Below, in pieces: positions 43,285 to 43,983 of a stretch of DNA of 43,983 bases (its first letter is position 1; every line of letters begins with the position of its first letter). The stretch is from a virus (taxonomy: Duplodnaviria > Caudoviricetes), in the IMG/VR virus record IMGVR_UViG_3300037183_000024, positions 1 through 43,983 of that record; one strand, written 5' to 3'. The position numbers and the translations under genes are program-made. Under the pieces are notes generated by a model that made no database searches, was not told the origin of the DNA, and was given only the letters and a program-made list of their open reading frames with translations.

Positions 43285-43550
43285 TGGCCGCCGAAGAACG
43301 CACGCCCGAGCAGCTCCGGTACGAGGCGGCGGAGGCGGGCCGGGCGCTCGCCGCCGCCTACGACGAGAACGAGATGGCCTCGTTCCACTTCAACCTCGGG
43401 CGGGTGCGGGCGCTCGCCGACCTGATCTACAACGCCAACGCCGAGGCCGACAAGGAAGCCCTGAAGGCCCGCGGCCCGCTCGACCCCGGCACCACGACAC
43501 CGTATGAAGACCTGTGGGACAACCGCGACAAGACGGAAGGACGGACATGA
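43284..43550 (+). CDS. Hypothetical protein
   Basis: TGATG coupling; clean ORF. Confidence 0.6.
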   Translation: MAAEERTPEQLRYEAAEAGRALAAAYDENEMASFHFNLGRVRALADLIYNANAEADKEALKARGPLDPGTTTPYEDLWDNRDKTEGRT

Positions 43551-43983
43551 GCGACGGACAGATGAAGCAGGTGCAGGGCGTCTGCGAGGGCATCCTTGAG
43601 CGGGGCGACTGGCTGGAGTTCCACATCAACATCGGGCGCCAGTACCCCGTGAAGCTCTCGACGAAGAAGGAGGAGATCAAGACGATCGCCCGTCTCGCGG
43701 GTCAGCAGATGGCGGTCTGGACGTTCAACGAGACGGAGGGCGGCCCCAACCCGCACCGGCCGGGCGAGAACTTCAAGAACCGCTACCTCTCGAACGTCGT
43801 CGTCGGCGGGGCACTCGACCCGGCGCTCGCGGGGAACCAGCCGGGGCAAACGAGCCTGGCCGTTGCCCCGACGGGGGGCGCCGCCCCGATGATCGGGCCG
43901 GACGAGCGGGGCCAGTCGATCGAACGGCAGGTGATCCTGAAGGCCGCGATCAGCGTGTTCCCGGGCGGAACGATCGTCACGGA
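43547..43983 (+). CDS. Possible ssDNA-binding protein (3'-truncated)
   Basis: OB-like beta N-terminus ending 'FKNRYL', flexible linker, then 'SIERQVILKAA'. Confidence 0.45.
   Translation, partial: MSDGQMKQVQGVCEGILERGDWLEFHINIGRQYPVKLSTKKEEIKTIARLAGQQMAVWTFNETEGGPNPHRPGENFKNRYLSNVVVGGALDPALAGNQPGQTSLAVAPTGGAAPMIGPDERGQSIERQVILKAAISVFPGGTIVT

Noticed and set aside
1-43983. Prophage boundaries, integrase or host genes
   Set aside because: No integrase, att site or bacterial housekeeping gene is visible, so lifestyle cannot be determined from this window.

Overview
High-GC, almost entirely + strand segment of a tailed (siphovirus-like) phage, probably infecting an actinobacterium. The host is inferred from GC content, leaderless promoters and the style of the structural genes. 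Gene order: terminase large subunit (5'-truncated); a ~9 kb accessory block of glycosyltransferases, methyltransferases, a PIG-L deacetylase and small Cys-rich genes; portal; MuF/protease fusion; major capsid; tail tube; a second block of glycosyltransferases and lectin-like beta-sandwich proteins; a 1338-aa basic repeat protein; head-tail adaptor; tail chaperone with a -1 frameshift; tape measure; Dit/hub; lysis genes; and the start of an early/replication region. Most notable: (1) about 7 GT-A glycosyltransferases, 3 SAM methyltransferases and a deacetylase embedded in the virion operon; (2) lectin-like proteins carrying two classes of interchangeable C-terminal tags next to a giant modular repeat protein, suggesting a modular, possibly glycosylated virion-decoration system; (3) a recurrent non-canonical promoter (G)CGTCCG-N10-TAnnnT; (4) candidate structured RNAs at 14.9-15.0 kb, 15.7-15.95 kb and 34.5 kb. 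All calls come from reading motifs by eye; no database search was run.
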